From Macrostomum hystrix (taxonomy: Eukaryota; Animalia; Platyhelminthes): a DNA stretch of 64,000 nucleotides. The translations under genes and the position numbers were made by a program. A model generated the notes under the pieces. It was not told the DNA's origin. It made no database searches and was given only the letters and a program-made list of their open reading frames with translations. Of this stretch, positions 1 to 12,112 are shown piece by piece (the first letter of the stretch is position 1; the number at the start of each line of letters is the position of its first letter). The DNA is taken from contig CATNEN010000007.1 of the NCBI GenBank assembly GCA_950097015.1, forward strand, positions 12,400,001 to 12,464,000, read 5' to 3'.

Positions 1-403
1 CGGGGTCCACAGCTTCGCCCTGCAGTGGTCCAGTCCCGCACAGCCGGCTGAGCGCACGGAGACGCTGGCGCATCAAGAGCGCTCCTGTCTGCTGCAGAAC
101 CTGCTGCCAGGCACCGTGTACTCCCTGCGCCTCAGCTCACTTGACTCCGGCCGCGCCGTGGTGGAGAAAAGCCGCGCCCTTCGTGTCCAGACCTGCGCGC
201 CTATCGACACCCCCGTGCTGAACCTGCGGGCCTGCAACTTCTCCTACATCGCAGTGAACTGGAACACCCCGAAGCACTACGGCGACGCGCCGGTGGCCGG
301 CTACAAGGTCTTCATCAACGGCGTCGTGGAGGAGACCCTGGGAGCCGGCGAGACCAGCTTCACCTACTGCAAAGGCCGCTGGTGCCAGGACTACAGCTTC
401 CAG
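1..403 (+). CDS. FN3-repeat/thioredoxin-like protein, first visible exon (5' partial; FN3 domains)
   Basis: Open frame from position 2 with FN3 motifs (LLQNLLPGTVYSLRL; IAVNWNTP..PVAGYKVFINGV). Donor CAG|GTACTC at 404, phase 0. Confidence 0.85.
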
Positions 404-491
404 GTACTCAGCAGCACTCTTGATCCCCAAACTGTACTCAGAAATCCCACTGGATCATTAATTTGAGCATAACCAAATCGCACACTGCCAG

Positions 492-1046
492 GTGCAAGCT
501 GTGAGCAGCAACCCGCGCTTCAACAGCAAACCCAGCGACAGCCTGCTGGTCACGTGGCCTGGCTGCCTGCCCGGCGAGCTGCGGCCGCTGGTGGCCACCG
601 TCAGCGGCGCCGCCAGGGTCGGCTGGCAGGCGCCCTACCTGACGGAGGGCGTCAAGTTGAAGCAGTTCCGGCTGATCTGCAAGCTGGCGGACACCGGCCA
701 GGTGGTGCGGGTGGTCGGGCCGCTGCACCCGGAGACGCGGGAGGCGGAGGTGACTGGCCTGCGGTCCGGCACCTACCACCTGCAGCTGGAGGTGCAGCTG
801 CACGGCACCCAGATGGCGGTGCTGTCCGCGGCCTTGACAGTGCAGCCGACGCTGACGCCGGACCCGCCGACAGTGTCGGTGACGGTGGTCGGCCTGGAGC
901 AGCGCAGGCAGCTGGAGGCAGCGGTCTGCCGGCTGGTGAACAAGCGGGACAGGCATGTGCGGCTGATCCACAACATCCACATGCTGCCCACCAAGACGCT
1001 GGAGGAGACCCAGCTGCTGGCCCGCTTCACCGAGGCATACAACCAG
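492..1046 (+). CDS. FN3-repeat/thioredoxin-like protein, exon 2
   Basis: Acceptor ccag at 490-491; FN3 motifs (VGWQAP, AEVTGLRSGTYHLQLEV). Donor CAG|GTGGGC at 1047; phase 0 at both ends. Confidence 0.85.
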
Positions 1047-1584
1047 GTGGGCGGCGCGGAGTGGAACGGAATAGAATGGAATAGAATAGAGAAGAATAGA
1101 TGGGAATAGAATTTAATAGTGGAGAATAGAAAAGAAAACAATAGAATGGAATAAAATGGATTATGTCATAAAAGAACTGCGCTTGCTACTTGCAGTGTCA
1201 GTAGAGAGGCGGGCATGTGAGTTGCTCTTTGAGAAGAAAGCCATCGAGAAATGAAATGGTGAAATTACGGAATGCTTTAATGAGCCTCTTCACTGCTCTC
1301 AGCCTCTGAGGGTACCCCGCCGGCTGAGTCTGAGACACAGTTTGTGAATGAGTTAAACGCCTGGCTGCCTTTCAATAGTTGCATTCCAGGTGCTGTCACT
1401 GTTGGCGCCAGCCTTCTCTCTTCGAGTCCCTTGATTTCATGGCGCATTCATTTTTCTAGCACTTTCGCTTCTAACAATGTCAAGCGACAAAGGCCGAGTT
1501 AGATCCTTTGTTCTACTCTTTGCACTAACTTTTATCCGACAAACACATATAGGCAATGAACTTAGCTTAAAATGAATAAATAAA

Positions 1585-1690
1585 TGGATTGCTAGTCTAT
1601 CCAGTGAGGAACAGAGTGGATTGCTAGTCTATCCAGTGAGGAACAGAGTGGATTGCTAGTCTATCCAGTGAGGAACAGAGCAGATTGCTA
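1585..1690. repeat. 32-bp tandem repeat, about 3 copies
   Basis: Unit GGATTGCTAGTCTATCCAGTGAGGAACAGAGT. Confidence 0.9.
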
Positions 1691-2196
1691 GCATAGTTTA
1701 CAGAAGCCTTTGAAAGTGTATTCCATCTGCTTTGAATACTCCAAGCACTGTAATTCTCGCAGTTCATTGCTCAATAATCCGTTATCAAAGTCGCCGCAGA
1801 TGAGCAGAAAAGTATAATGAAAGCCACCTTAAAAATGCCTGATGAAAAAGCGGGGATCGCATTGTTGCTGAGTACGGCGAATCTAAAGATTCCCGGAAAA
1901 ATTTCCCCGTTGAAATTAAGCATCGATGTCATCTGCAGGCAGGAGGAGGAGGTTGCGGGGACACGCATCCACTGTCTCTTCAGCTTCTAAAAATAGCTTT
2001 AGGATTTTGCTACTTAGCAATAGTAATTTGCTCCGATTGAACAGCAACTATTATTTCTAATAGCGTTTTGGAGCAAATCACTAAGAGCCATCAGGTGCAG
2101 CAATCATTTGAAATAAACATTTTTAGATCATTGTTTGTGAGCCGAACTATTCTACTAATTTCCTGCATTGTTCTTAACTAATCTGATAATTATCCT

Positions 2197-2655
2197 TATC
2201 TGTTTGGTCCCATACTTGATCCCTCACTGGTCCCATCCCTGATCCCTCAGCTGTCTGGTCCCATCCCTGATCCCTCATCTGTCTGGTCCCATCCCTGATC
2301 CCTCATCTGTCTAGTCCCATCCCTGATCCCTCATCTGTCTAGTCCCATCCCTGATCCCTCAGCTGTCTGGTCATCCCTGATCCCTCATCTGTCTAGTCCC
2401 ATCCCTGATCCCTCATCTGTCTAGTCTCATCCCTGATCCCTCATTTGTCTGATCCCATTCCTAATCCCTCATTTGTCTGGTCCCATCCCTGATCTCTCAT
2501 TTGTCTGGTCCCATCCCTGATCCCTCATTTGTCTGGTCCCATCCCTGATCCCTCCTTTGTCTGGTCCCATCCCTGATCCCTCAGCTGTCTGGTCCCATCC
2601 CTGATCCCTCCTTTGTCTGGTCCCATCCCTGATCTCTCAGCTGTCTGGTCCCATG
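2197..2655. repeat. 28-bp intronic minisatellite
   Basis: Unit CTGTCTGGTCCCATCCCTGATCCCTCAT. Confidence 0.95.
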
Positions 2656-2690
2656 AAACCAAAGCCTCCTGGGCGCCTCCTGCATCGCAG

Positions 2691-3031
2691 ATCATGGACT
2701 CTCTGGAGGACTGCTTCAAGTCGCTGGAGACCTACACCGGCGAGTTCGTGCTGCAGGTGTCCTGGGCCTGTCCGCAGTCCAACCAGGAGGTGCCGCTGTC
2801 AGGCTACCGGGTGCTGGTGGACGGCCGGCAGTATGGCTCCGCGCTGCACCAGGGCATGTCCTGCGTGCGCATCAAGCTGAGCACTGAGCGGCCGAGCCAC
2901 ACCGTCAGCATGGTCGCCCTGTGCGAGTCCCAGGGCACCCAGTCCGCTGAGAGCAACTTGGTGGAAGTGCTCACGGAACCCTTCCTGCCCATGGCTTTCT
3001 ACTGCATCCACGAGGTCCACTGCGGGGAGAA
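2691..3031 (+). CDS. FN3-repeat/thioredoxin-like protein, exon 3
   Basis: Acceptor cgcag at 2689-2690; VLQVSWACP..PLSGYRVLVDGRQY FN3 core. Donor AA|GTGAGT at 3032, phase 2. Confidence 0.85.
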
Positions 3032-3050
3032 GTGAGTCTGGGTGCTGCCT

Positions 3051-3722
3051 ATGGATTGCTAGACTGACCCGTGTGCTATGGTGGATTGCTAGACTGACCC
3101 GTGTGCTATGGTGGATTGCTAGACTAACCCGTGTGCTATGCCGGATTGCTAGACTAACCCGTGTGCTATGGTGGATTGCTAGACTAACCCGTGTGCTATG
3201 GTGGATTGCTAGACTAACCCGTGTGCTATGGTGGATTGCTAGACTGACCCGTGTGCTATGGTGGATTGCTAGACTGACCCGTGTGCTATGCCGGATTGCT
3301 AGACTAACCCGTGTGCTATGGTGGATTGCTAGACTAACCCGTGTGCTATGGTGGATTGCTAGACTAACCCGTGTGCTATGCCGGATTGCTAGACCGACCC
3401 GTGTGCTATGGTGGATTGCTAGACTGACCCGTGTGCTATGCCGGATTGCTAGACTAACCCGTGTGCTATGCCGGATTGCTAGACTAACCCGTGTGCTATG
3501 GTGGATTGCTAGACTAACCCGTGTGCTATGGTGGATTGCTAGACTAACCCGTGTGCTATGCCGGATTGCTAGACCGACCCGTGTGCTATGGTGGATTGCT
3601 AGACTGACCCGTGTGCTATGCCGGATTGCTAGACTAACCCGTGTGCTATGCCGGATTGCTAGACTAACCCGTGTGCTATGGTGGATTGCTAGACTGACCC
3701 GTGTGCTGTGCTGGATCACTAG
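3051..3722. repeat. 30-bp intronic minisatellite
   Basis: Unit GGATTGCTAGACTAACCCGTGTGCTATGGT, about 22 copies. Confidence 0.95.
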
Positions 3723-4707
3723 ATTATTCAGTTGGCAAAGTAAAATTGTCTTGGACCTTGGAGGATTGTTAGCGAGAATTATAATTGCGTTTTAAAGTGC
3801 AGCAAAACAACGCAATAAATTTTCTAACTCTATTCAAACGGCAACGAAAGGATTGGGGAGCGGGGAATCTTGAGCAAAGGAAAAAATTCTGCTGGGCGGG
3901 TGGGGGGCAGCCGTGGAGGCTTCTGGTGCGTGCAAAAGAAATTAGCGCACCGCGCTTCGCCCCCGGCACACAGCTGGTTCAATCAGGGACCAAAGGATTA
4001 CGGAGGGCCGGCTGTATCCCCAGCCCACTCGCCTGGCCAATATGGGACTGAAGTGTTGAGTCTCCATGGGGCTGCTCACCCGGAGCCAGATGTCGCAGCC
4101 TGCAGCGGATTATCCCCATAGACAATGAGCTGGGCTGCTCAAGCTGGGAGTGAGTGTGACCGGGATCCGCGCTCTCCGGCCCTGAAACTGCTCAATCAGC
4201 CAGCCAGGCCGTTTCGCCTGCCCCCGCCCCACTTAGCTGCAGTCAGCCCGCATTACGGTTGCGCCCTTCTATTGGGATAAGATCCCCCAAGCGTTGCCGG
4301 GACAGAGCCGCGAGTTGCCTCCTGCACCCAAGAGGTGCGGGGAACACGGCCAGGCTGCCACCGACTCCATCCCGCTGGGAGGCTGGGCTTGGGGGGGGGA
4401 GTAGCAGGCCTTCTCACCTGGCTCCGCACTCTGCCATGCCGCCGCATCGCCAGCAGCTGATTCTCATTGATGTGAAGCCAGGCGTGGCTGCAATGGCCCA
4501 CCTTTTTTTAAAGCAAATCGGCTTGGGAAGAGCCGCCTCATCCCAATGGGACACCGAGATCCACCCTGCAGCCTTCAACCTCGGCTCCGCTTGCAGCGCT
4601 GAAGACCTTTTTTATCTCTAGCTAACTGTTCTTATCGGTGCGCGGGACTGTGCGGGCCATGGGGCGGCAGTAAAGGGAGGATCCTGCGGGAACCGACTGT
4701 CCTCACG

Positions 4708-5172
4708 TTATGGCTTCAATTGTCTATGGTATGGTTTCAACAGTCTATGGCATGGTTTCAATTGTCTATGGTATGGTTTCAACAGTCTATGGCATGGTTT
4801 CAATTGTTTATGGTATGGTTTCAACAGTCTATGGCATGGTTTCAACAGTCTATGGCATGGTTTCAATTGTTTATGGTATGGTTTCAATTGTCTATGGTAT
4901 GGTTTCAACAGTCTATGGCATGGTTTCAATTGTCTTTGGTATGGTTTCAATAGTCTATGGTATGGTTTCAACTGTCTATGGTATGGTTTCAATTGTCTTT
5001 GGTATGGTTTCAATTATCTTTGGTATGGTTTCAATAGTCTATGGTATGGTTTCAACTGTCTATGGTATGGTTTCAATTGTCTTTGGTATGGTTTCAATAG
5101 TCTATGGTATGGTTTCAACTGTCTATGGTATGGTTTCAATTGTCTATGGTATGGTTTCAACTGGCTATGGTA
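4708..5172. repeat. 21-bp intronic minisatellite
   Basis: Unit TATGGTATGGTTTCAATTGTC. Confidence 0.95.
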
Positions 5173-5224
5173 AAACCCGACTGCCTCAACACAATAATCT
5201 GCCACCCTTGCCAATCGCCCGCAG

Positions 5225-5634
5225 GTGGCCAAGGAAGGGCTGCTGCCTGTACCAGGAGACGCTGGTGGTGGAGCGGCGCAACTTCCTGAACTATTACAAC
5301 CCGGGCTTCCTCAACCAGTTCGTGCCGGCTCCGGCCGCTCACGTGCAGCTGCTGCCGAGCGGAGAGCGGCAGCGGCTGTTCCCGCCGGGCGGGCCGAAGA
5401 GCGTCACCCTGCTGTGCTTCTGGACCCGCTGGTGCGTGGCCTCCGTGCGCTACATAAAATTCTTCGTTCGTCTGGCCTCCGGCCTGCGCAACCAGTTTGA
5501 CTTTGTTGCCATAGCAACGCAGCGATTCGACAATGCTCACGAGAGGAGCGCACTGCAGCACTGCATCAAGGAGCTGGCGCTCGAGACCCAGGGCTTGACT
5601 CACGTTTACGCCGTTGACCGGATCAAGGGGTCAA
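5225..5634 (+). CDS. FN3-repeat/thioredoxin-like protein, exon 4 (thioredoxin/TlpA-like domain N-half, WCVAS)
   Basis: Acceptor gcag at 5223-5224 matches phase 2; VTLLCFWTRWCVAS and FDFVAIA. Donor A|GTGAGT at 5635, phase 1. Confidence 0.8.
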
Positions 5635-5751
5635 GTGAGTCAGGGAACTTTCCCATAGACATGCTTGTGAGGAGCTCTCCCTGCCCGTGACTTCCCTATC
5701 GATCACTGCACCATCAGCGGGTTAGTGCGGATTCTACTACTGAGCGATGGA

Positions 5752-6095
5752 GCAGTGGGTCAGTGGGTCAGTGGGTCAGTGGATCAGGTGGGTCAGTGGG
5801 TCAGTTGGTGAGTTGTAGCATCAGTGGGTCAGTGGGTCAGTGGGTCAGTGGGTCAGTGGGTCAGTGGGTCAGTGGTCAGTGGGTCAGTGGGTCAGTGGGT
5901 CAGTGGGTCATTGGGTCAGTGGATCAGGTGGGTCAGTGGATCAGTGGGTCAGTGGGTCAGTGGATCAGTGGGTCAGTGGGTCAGTGGGTCAGTGGTCAGT
6001 GGGTCAGTGGGTCAGTGGGTCAGTGGGTCATTGGGTCAGTGGATCAGGTGGGTCAGTGGATCAGTGGGTCAGTGGGCAGTGGTCAGTGGGTCAGT
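5752..6095. repeat. 8-bp repeat (GTGGGTCA)n
   Basis: Direct inspection. Confidence 0.95.
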
Positions 6096-6760
6096 GCAGA
6101 TTAAGACTCATCTGCTGCTGAGCAGTGTTTCACTGAGTAGAATTCATGGATTGCAAGACTGACCTGTGAGCTATCAACCCGAGCATTTCGGCCACCCTTG
6201 ACTCTGAACTGTTGAACTGCCTGACCTTTTCAGTGCCCAGAAAGTCTCACTCAAGAGCTGGTGAGTGACAGTGAGGCCCGCAGGAAGCGCAGTTTTGCCC
6301 CACAGATTCTTGCCTTTTGCCTCCTCATTCTTGTCGTGAATCCTTTGGCATTCGTTGTTCCGCTGTTGTTCGTGTACTAATTTAATAATAATATTGTGTG
6401 CTGGAGGCCACTGACATATTCAATGACAGCAGATCTGCCAGCAAGTGAGGCAATTCTGCCGATTCCGATGACTCCTGAACACACGGGCACAGATCCCTCA
6501 CGCAGGCACTGTGTGAATCGTGGTTTCCCGACTCCACTGGAAAGATTTGGTCCTTTAGCAAGACCAACCAGCTACGAGCATTATTAAAGTTATAATTAAT
6601 AGCGTATTGTCATCAAAATGTTGTGATTTCCTAGCTAAACTTTCTAGCGTATTCTCTTTGTTGTTACAACTGTTGTGTCTTGGACATCGTTTGTTGCCAT
6701 GGCAATAAGACTGACTAGCACCCACTGACTGACATCTCCGCCTCTCGCCCCTCGCCCCAG

Positions 6761-6835
6761 ACGACGAGCCGATGTCCACCGCCGAGGCCTTCCACATTGT
6801 CGGCGTGCCGTTCTTCGTCGCCGTCCACTCGGAAG
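6761..6835 (+). CDS. FN3-repeat/thioredoxin-like protein, exon 5
   Basis: Acceptor ccccag, phase 1; AEAFHIVGVPFFVAVHSEG is the thioredoxin cis-Pro loop motif. Donor at 6836. Confidence 0.8.
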
Positions 6836-6918
6836 GTAGAATATTCGGGTTCCCGGGGGGACGGGCTCCCACGGCAGGGTTGCTCAGCCGCGGCTCCCCC
6901 CGCCTCCTCATCCCGCAG

Positions 6919-7059
6919 GCAACGTGGCTTGGCGCGGCCGGCACTGCGCCCCGGACTATAGCAGCTTCGAGGCCGAGATGAGCCAGGTGCTGCGCGCAGT
7001 GAAGGACAAGACTCGACTAGACGATCAGCTCAGCGTGGACAACGGCCACCAGGCTGTCG
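6919..7059 (+). CDS. FN3-repeat/thioredoxin-like protein, exon 6
   Basis: Acceptor cccgcag, phase 1; continues GNVAWRGRH..FEAEMSQVLRAV (TlpA-like C-terminus). Donor G|GTGAGT at 7060. Confidence 0.8.
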
Positions 7060-7242
7060 GTGAGTGCGCGGCTAAAAGTGCATCCTAAAAGTAAAATTAC
7101 ATCCTCTGAGATATACACCCACAATGGTACAGACAAAATAATTTAAAAGTACATGCACATAGCGATAGTAACCAAATATAACTACTTTTACGAAAGCACC
7201 TAAAAGTACATGCACAAAAATACACCCCGCAATCCCTGCCAG

Positions 7243-7339
7243 ATCACTCGCACGCTAGGCGCGCCTTCGAGGAGGCCAACGTGGCGCTGCATCCGGCGAA
7301 CGCCTACGCGGGCGGCGGTGCGGCTTCGGGCTCGAAGAA
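7243..7339 (+). CDS. FN3-repeat/thioredoxin-like protein, exon 7
   Basis: Acceptor ctgccag (phase 1), GC-rich open frame, donor AA|GTGAGA (phase 2). Compatible with both neighbouring exons. Confidence 0.6.
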
Positions 7340-7782
7340 GTGAGATATAATTAATCCCTGCTTTGTTTACAGTGCAAGCTGGGAGCCATTGGGAGTGTCG
7401 GATTTCCAGTTTGGATATTCCACCCAGTGGGCTCGCTGCCCCTACCTGCGGATTCGGAGCCAATTTTATGCCTTCAGCTGCAGCTCTTTCACGCCGCAGA
7501 CGCGGCACTTGATCGCGGGTTTGAACAATAAAGAGCAGACTCCCAACAGGCATTCGATTTCATTGCAGCATTTTGCCAATTAATGGGATTAATGGGAGCG
7601 GATATTGAAAACCCTGTAAGTGTTTTCCGCCATTGAGCCGTTTCGCCTCGCTGGATCATTGTGCTTTAAAAATAAATCATGACATGCGAGACAGTCTCTG
7701 CGGGGGAATTCAGACTGGATTCTGGAACAGTGAATGAGTGTCTGTCAGTGAAGTGTCCGTCAATCAAATAAGAAACTATCAG

Positions 7783-8375
7783 TAGAGTGACTTTCAGTAA
7801 AGTGGCTGTCAGTAGAGTGGCTTTCAGGAGAGTGGCTGTCAGGAGAGTGGCTGTCAGGAGAGTGGCTGTCAGGAGAGTGGCTGTCAGGGGAGTGTGACTG
7901 TCAGGAGAGTGGCTGTCAGGAGAGTGGCTGTCAGGGGAGTGTGACTGTCAGGAGAGTGGCTGTCAGGGGAGTGTGACTGTCAGGAGAGTGGCTGTCAGGG
8001 GAGTGTGACTGTCAGGAGAGTGGCTGTCAGGGGAGTGTGACTGTCAGGAGAGTGGCTGTCAGGGGAGTGGCTGTCAGGAGAGTGGCTGTCAGGAGAGTGG
8101 CTGTCAGGAGAGTGGCTGTCAGGGGAGTGTGACTGTCAGGAGAGTGGCTGTCAGGAGAGTGGCTGTCAGGAGAGTGGCTGTCAGGAGAGTGGCTGTCAGT
8201 AGAGTGGCTGTCAGGAGAGTGGCTGTCAGGAGTGTGGCTGTCAGGAGAGTGGCTGTCAGGAGAGTGGCTGTCAGGAGAGTGGCTGTCAGGGGAGTGTGAC
8301 TGTTAGGAGAGTGGCTGTCAGGGGAGTGTGACTGTCAGGAGAGTGGCTGTCAGGAAAGTGGCTGTCAGGAGAGTG
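7783..8375. repeat. 15/17-bp intronic minisatellite
   Basis: Unit AGGAGAGTGGCTGTC with variant AGGGGAGTGTGACTGTC. Confidence 0.95.
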
Positions 8376-8400
8376 ACAGTCTGGACGCCCCTACCCGCAG

Positions 8401-8551
8401 GCCGCAGTCGAAGCAGTCGCCGGCCAAGCTGAGCATCAGCACGCGGCCATACAGCGGCCGGCCGAGCTCGGCTTCCGTCACCGGTGCGGACGGCGGCGGC
8501 TCCCAGCAGCAGCGGCGGAGGCGCTCCGGATCCGCGGCCAAGCGCGACTGA
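8401..8551 (+). CDS. FN3-repeat/thioredoxin-like protein, terminal exon (basic, Ser-rich tail)
   Basis: Acceptor cccgcag at 8399-8400, phase 2; reads PQSKQSPAKLSISTRP...AKRD then TGA at 8549-8551. Confidence 0.6.
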
Positions 8552-8857
8552 CCTCCGGGCGAGTCAGCAAATCTCAGACTGCGCTGTGCATCCGCAGCTG
8601 CTTGTTTACTGTCTGGCCGACACTTCCCTTCACCGCTGATACGCAGCCAACTGATAAACACTCTGCTACTCAGCACTACTCAACCGACCTGTTATGCTCC
8701 GCTTGTAGGCCGATTCCAATATTAGTGCTTGACGAGTATTCCCGCTGCTTAACAGATTAGCTGCCTTGCATGCTGCTTTGATTGCTTGTCTGTAACCTCA
8801 AACACCTCAGAACCCTCACTGCCCTCGGCATTGATCTGTGATAGCACCCGTTTTCCT

Positions 8858-9150
8858 TAATCTCAACTTTATCTTCCCGTAATCTCACTGTAATCTCACC
8901 TTTACGGCTCGTATCTTCCCGTAATCTCACTGTAATCTCACCTTCATCTTCCCGTAATCTCACTGTAATCTCACCTTTATCTTCCCGTAATCTCACTGTA
9001 ATCTCACCTTTATCTTCCCGTAATCTCACTGTAATCTCACCTTCATCTTCCCGTAATCTCACTGTAATCTCACCTTTATCTTCCCGTAATCTCACTGTAA
9101 GCTCACCTTTATCTCCCCGTGACCTCCCTGCGATCTCACCTTTATCTCCC
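8858..9150. repeat. 33-bp minisatellite
   Basis: Unit AATCTCACCTTTATCTTCCCGTAATCTCACTGT. Confidence 0.9.
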
Positions 9151-9840
9151 GATTGCCACCCAGTAATCTCAGAGTTTCAGTCAATGCCACTGTCCACCTG
9201 TCCGGCTCCAAGCTGTCCTCTTCCAATTTTTCTCTCCCAACCCAGCCAACAGCGGGACACCGATAGGACACATTCCGCACACATTCCAAACCGTGAAATG
9301 TCCCCAGAAAAGTTGCAGCAGGAATTTCCCGGACTAATTTTCCATTAGAAAATGCATTAGTTAAATTCTTCGAACCTCTCCGCCGACCGGAGCAAAACTG
9401 TTAGGAGGCCGGCAACACCTCACGATGTCACCTGCTTTTCCTACTTCCAAAGCAAAGCTTCTCAGTTCTCAAGCTTTGCTAGATGCTTATCTCTCCCTCT
9501 GCTTTTGAATCTCCTAACTTTTTTGGTATTTCGATTTCTGTTTTAGAATTTTTTATTTGCTGCTTTTTTCAAGACAAGAATTTGTTGACTTTTTTGCTTT
9601 GAAATAACAATTATTTGAGTAAGCAAATTGTTCACTTAATCTACAGGTAGAAATCTCACTCGATTTCAACAGATATACAATGGCCAATAGCGGAGTAACT
9701 CGATTCAGCCCAGCGTCTCCGATGCAGCTGCTTTCAATTTATTATTTTTCTAAATTCTTCCGTCACAGCCAATTTGGAACTTTCTGAGGCCTTCTCGGAC
9801 TTGCTGACTTTCAGAATAGAATTTTAGTATGCGTCACGTG

Positions 9841-10915
9841 ACTGAGGAGGGATCTGCGAGTGATAATCCCCTGGCTGGGGAGGGATCTGCGAGTGATTAT
9901 CCCATGGCTGGGGAGGGATATGCGAGTGATAATCCCCTGGCTGGGGAGGGATCTGCGAATGATAATCCCATGGCTGGGGAGGGATATGCGAGTGATAATC
10001 CCCTGGCTCGGGAGGGATCTGCGAATGATAATCCCATGGCTGGGGAGGGATCTGCGAGTGATTATCCCATGGCTGGGGAGGGATATGCGAGTGATAATCC
10101 CCTGGCTGGGGAGGGATCTGCGAATGATAATCCCATGGCTGGGGAGGGATCTGCGAGTGATTATCCCATGGCTGGGGAGGGATATGCGAGTGATAATCCC
10201 CTGGCTCGGGAGGGATCTGCGAATGATAATCCCATGGCTGGGGAGGGATCTGCGTGTGATTATCCCATAGCTGAGGAGTGATCTGCGAGTGATAATCCCA
10301 TGGCTTAGGAGGGATCTGCGAGTGATAATCCCCTGGTTGAGGAGGGATCTGCGAGTGATTATCCCATGGCTGAGGAGGGATATGCGAGTGATAATCCCCT
10401 GGCTGAGGAGGGATCTGCGAGTGATTATCCCATGGCTGGGGAGGGATATGCGAGTGATTATCCCATGGCTGAGGAGTGATATGCGAGTGATTATCCTATG
10501 GCTGAGGAGTGATATGCGAGTGATTATCCCATGGCTGGGGAGGGATATGCGAGTGATTATCCCATGGCTGAGGAGTGATATGCGAGTGATTATCCTATGG
10601 CTGAGGAGTGATATGCGAGTGATTATCCCATGGCTGAGGAGGGATCTGCGAGTGATTATCCCCTGGCTGAGGAGGGATCTGCGAGTGATTATCCCCTGGC
10701 TGAGGAGGGATCTGCGAGTGATTATCCCATGGCTGGGGAGGGATATGCGAGTGATTATCCCATGGCTGAGGAGTGATATGCGAGTGATTATCCTATGGCT
10801 GAGGAGTGATATGCGAGTGATAATCCCCTGGCTGAGGAGTGATATGCGAGTGATAATCCCCTGGCTGAGGAGTGATATGCGAGTGATTATCCCCTGGCTG
10901 AGGAGGGATCTGCGT
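9841..10915. repeat. 33-bp minisatellite
   Basis: Unit GAGGGATCTGCGAGTGATAATCCCCTGGCTGGG with variants. Confidence 0.95.
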
Positions 10916-11467
10916 ATTTATCATATATCATAAGTTCAGAAATGATTCTGCGGTCTTATTTGTTCCAAATGGTTCTCCCAAGGCGGCGTGGAGTCCGGGA
11001 ATCCACGATGATTATCCCATTGGGATGTGTCGCTCTGATTATCTGGCTCAGCGGAGCCCATGGCCAGCGGGCCAGGATTTGGACCCGCTGTTTCTTGGAA
11101 ACTGCATTCCCGCCCGCCTGAATTGGCCGTTTTTTTGCACCCGCGGGCGGGCGGAGGTGGCTGGCGGGGTGGCGGCGCCCACCTCCTCCGCACCCGCCGC
11201 CTCGACTGGCAAGCGGCGAAGTGCAGAAAGTCTGACTTGGTAGGGGGTGCAGGGTCAAAATGTTTATTGACTCGCTGCCTCCGGGAGAGCTACAGGGTGT
11301 CTTCCCCCCTCCCCCGACAAGTGGCTGGCTGGGCCAAGGCTCTCGTTGCGCCCGGTTCATTTTTATCGACTTTTGATGCGCTGCTTAATGGCTGCCGGGG
11401 TTGGGGCTTTGGGATATTTTTAGCTGCGTGAACTTTATAGCCGGGTTGGCCAGCCCAGTGGTCCCTT

Positions 11468-12112
11468 ATGACTGTGGGCATCAACAATGAGCAATGAGCA
11501 CAGGGGATCACTGATGGCTGTGGGCATCAACAATGAGCACAGGGGATCACTGATGACTGTGGGCATCAACAATGAGCACAGGGGATCACTGATGGCTGTG
11601 GGCATCAACAATGAGCACAGGGATCACTGATGGCTGTGGGCATCAACAATGAGCACAGGGGATCACTGATGGCTGTGGGCATCAACAATGAGCACAGGGG
11701 ATCACTGATGGCTGTGGGCATCAACAATGAGCAATGAGCACGGGGATCACTGATGGCTGTGGGCATCAACAATGAGCACAGGGGATCACTGATGACTGTG
11801 GTCATCAACAATGAGCACAGGGGATCACTGATGGCTGTGGGCACCAACAATGAGCACAGGGGATCACTGATGGCTGTGGGCATCAACAATGAGCACAGGG
11901 GATCACTGATGGCTGTGGGCATCAACGATGAGCACAGGGGATCACTGATGGCTGTGGGCATCAACAATGAGCAAAGAGCACGGGGATCACTGATGGCTGT
12001 GGGCATCAACAATGAGCACAGGGGATCACTGATGACTGTGGGCATCAACAATGAGCACAGGGGATCACTGATGGCTGTGGGCATCAACAATGAGCAATGA
12101 GCACAGGGATCA
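11468..12112. repeat. 39-bp minisatellite
   Basis: Unit GATGGCTGTGGGCATCAACAATGAGCACAGGGGATCACT. Confidence 0.95.
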
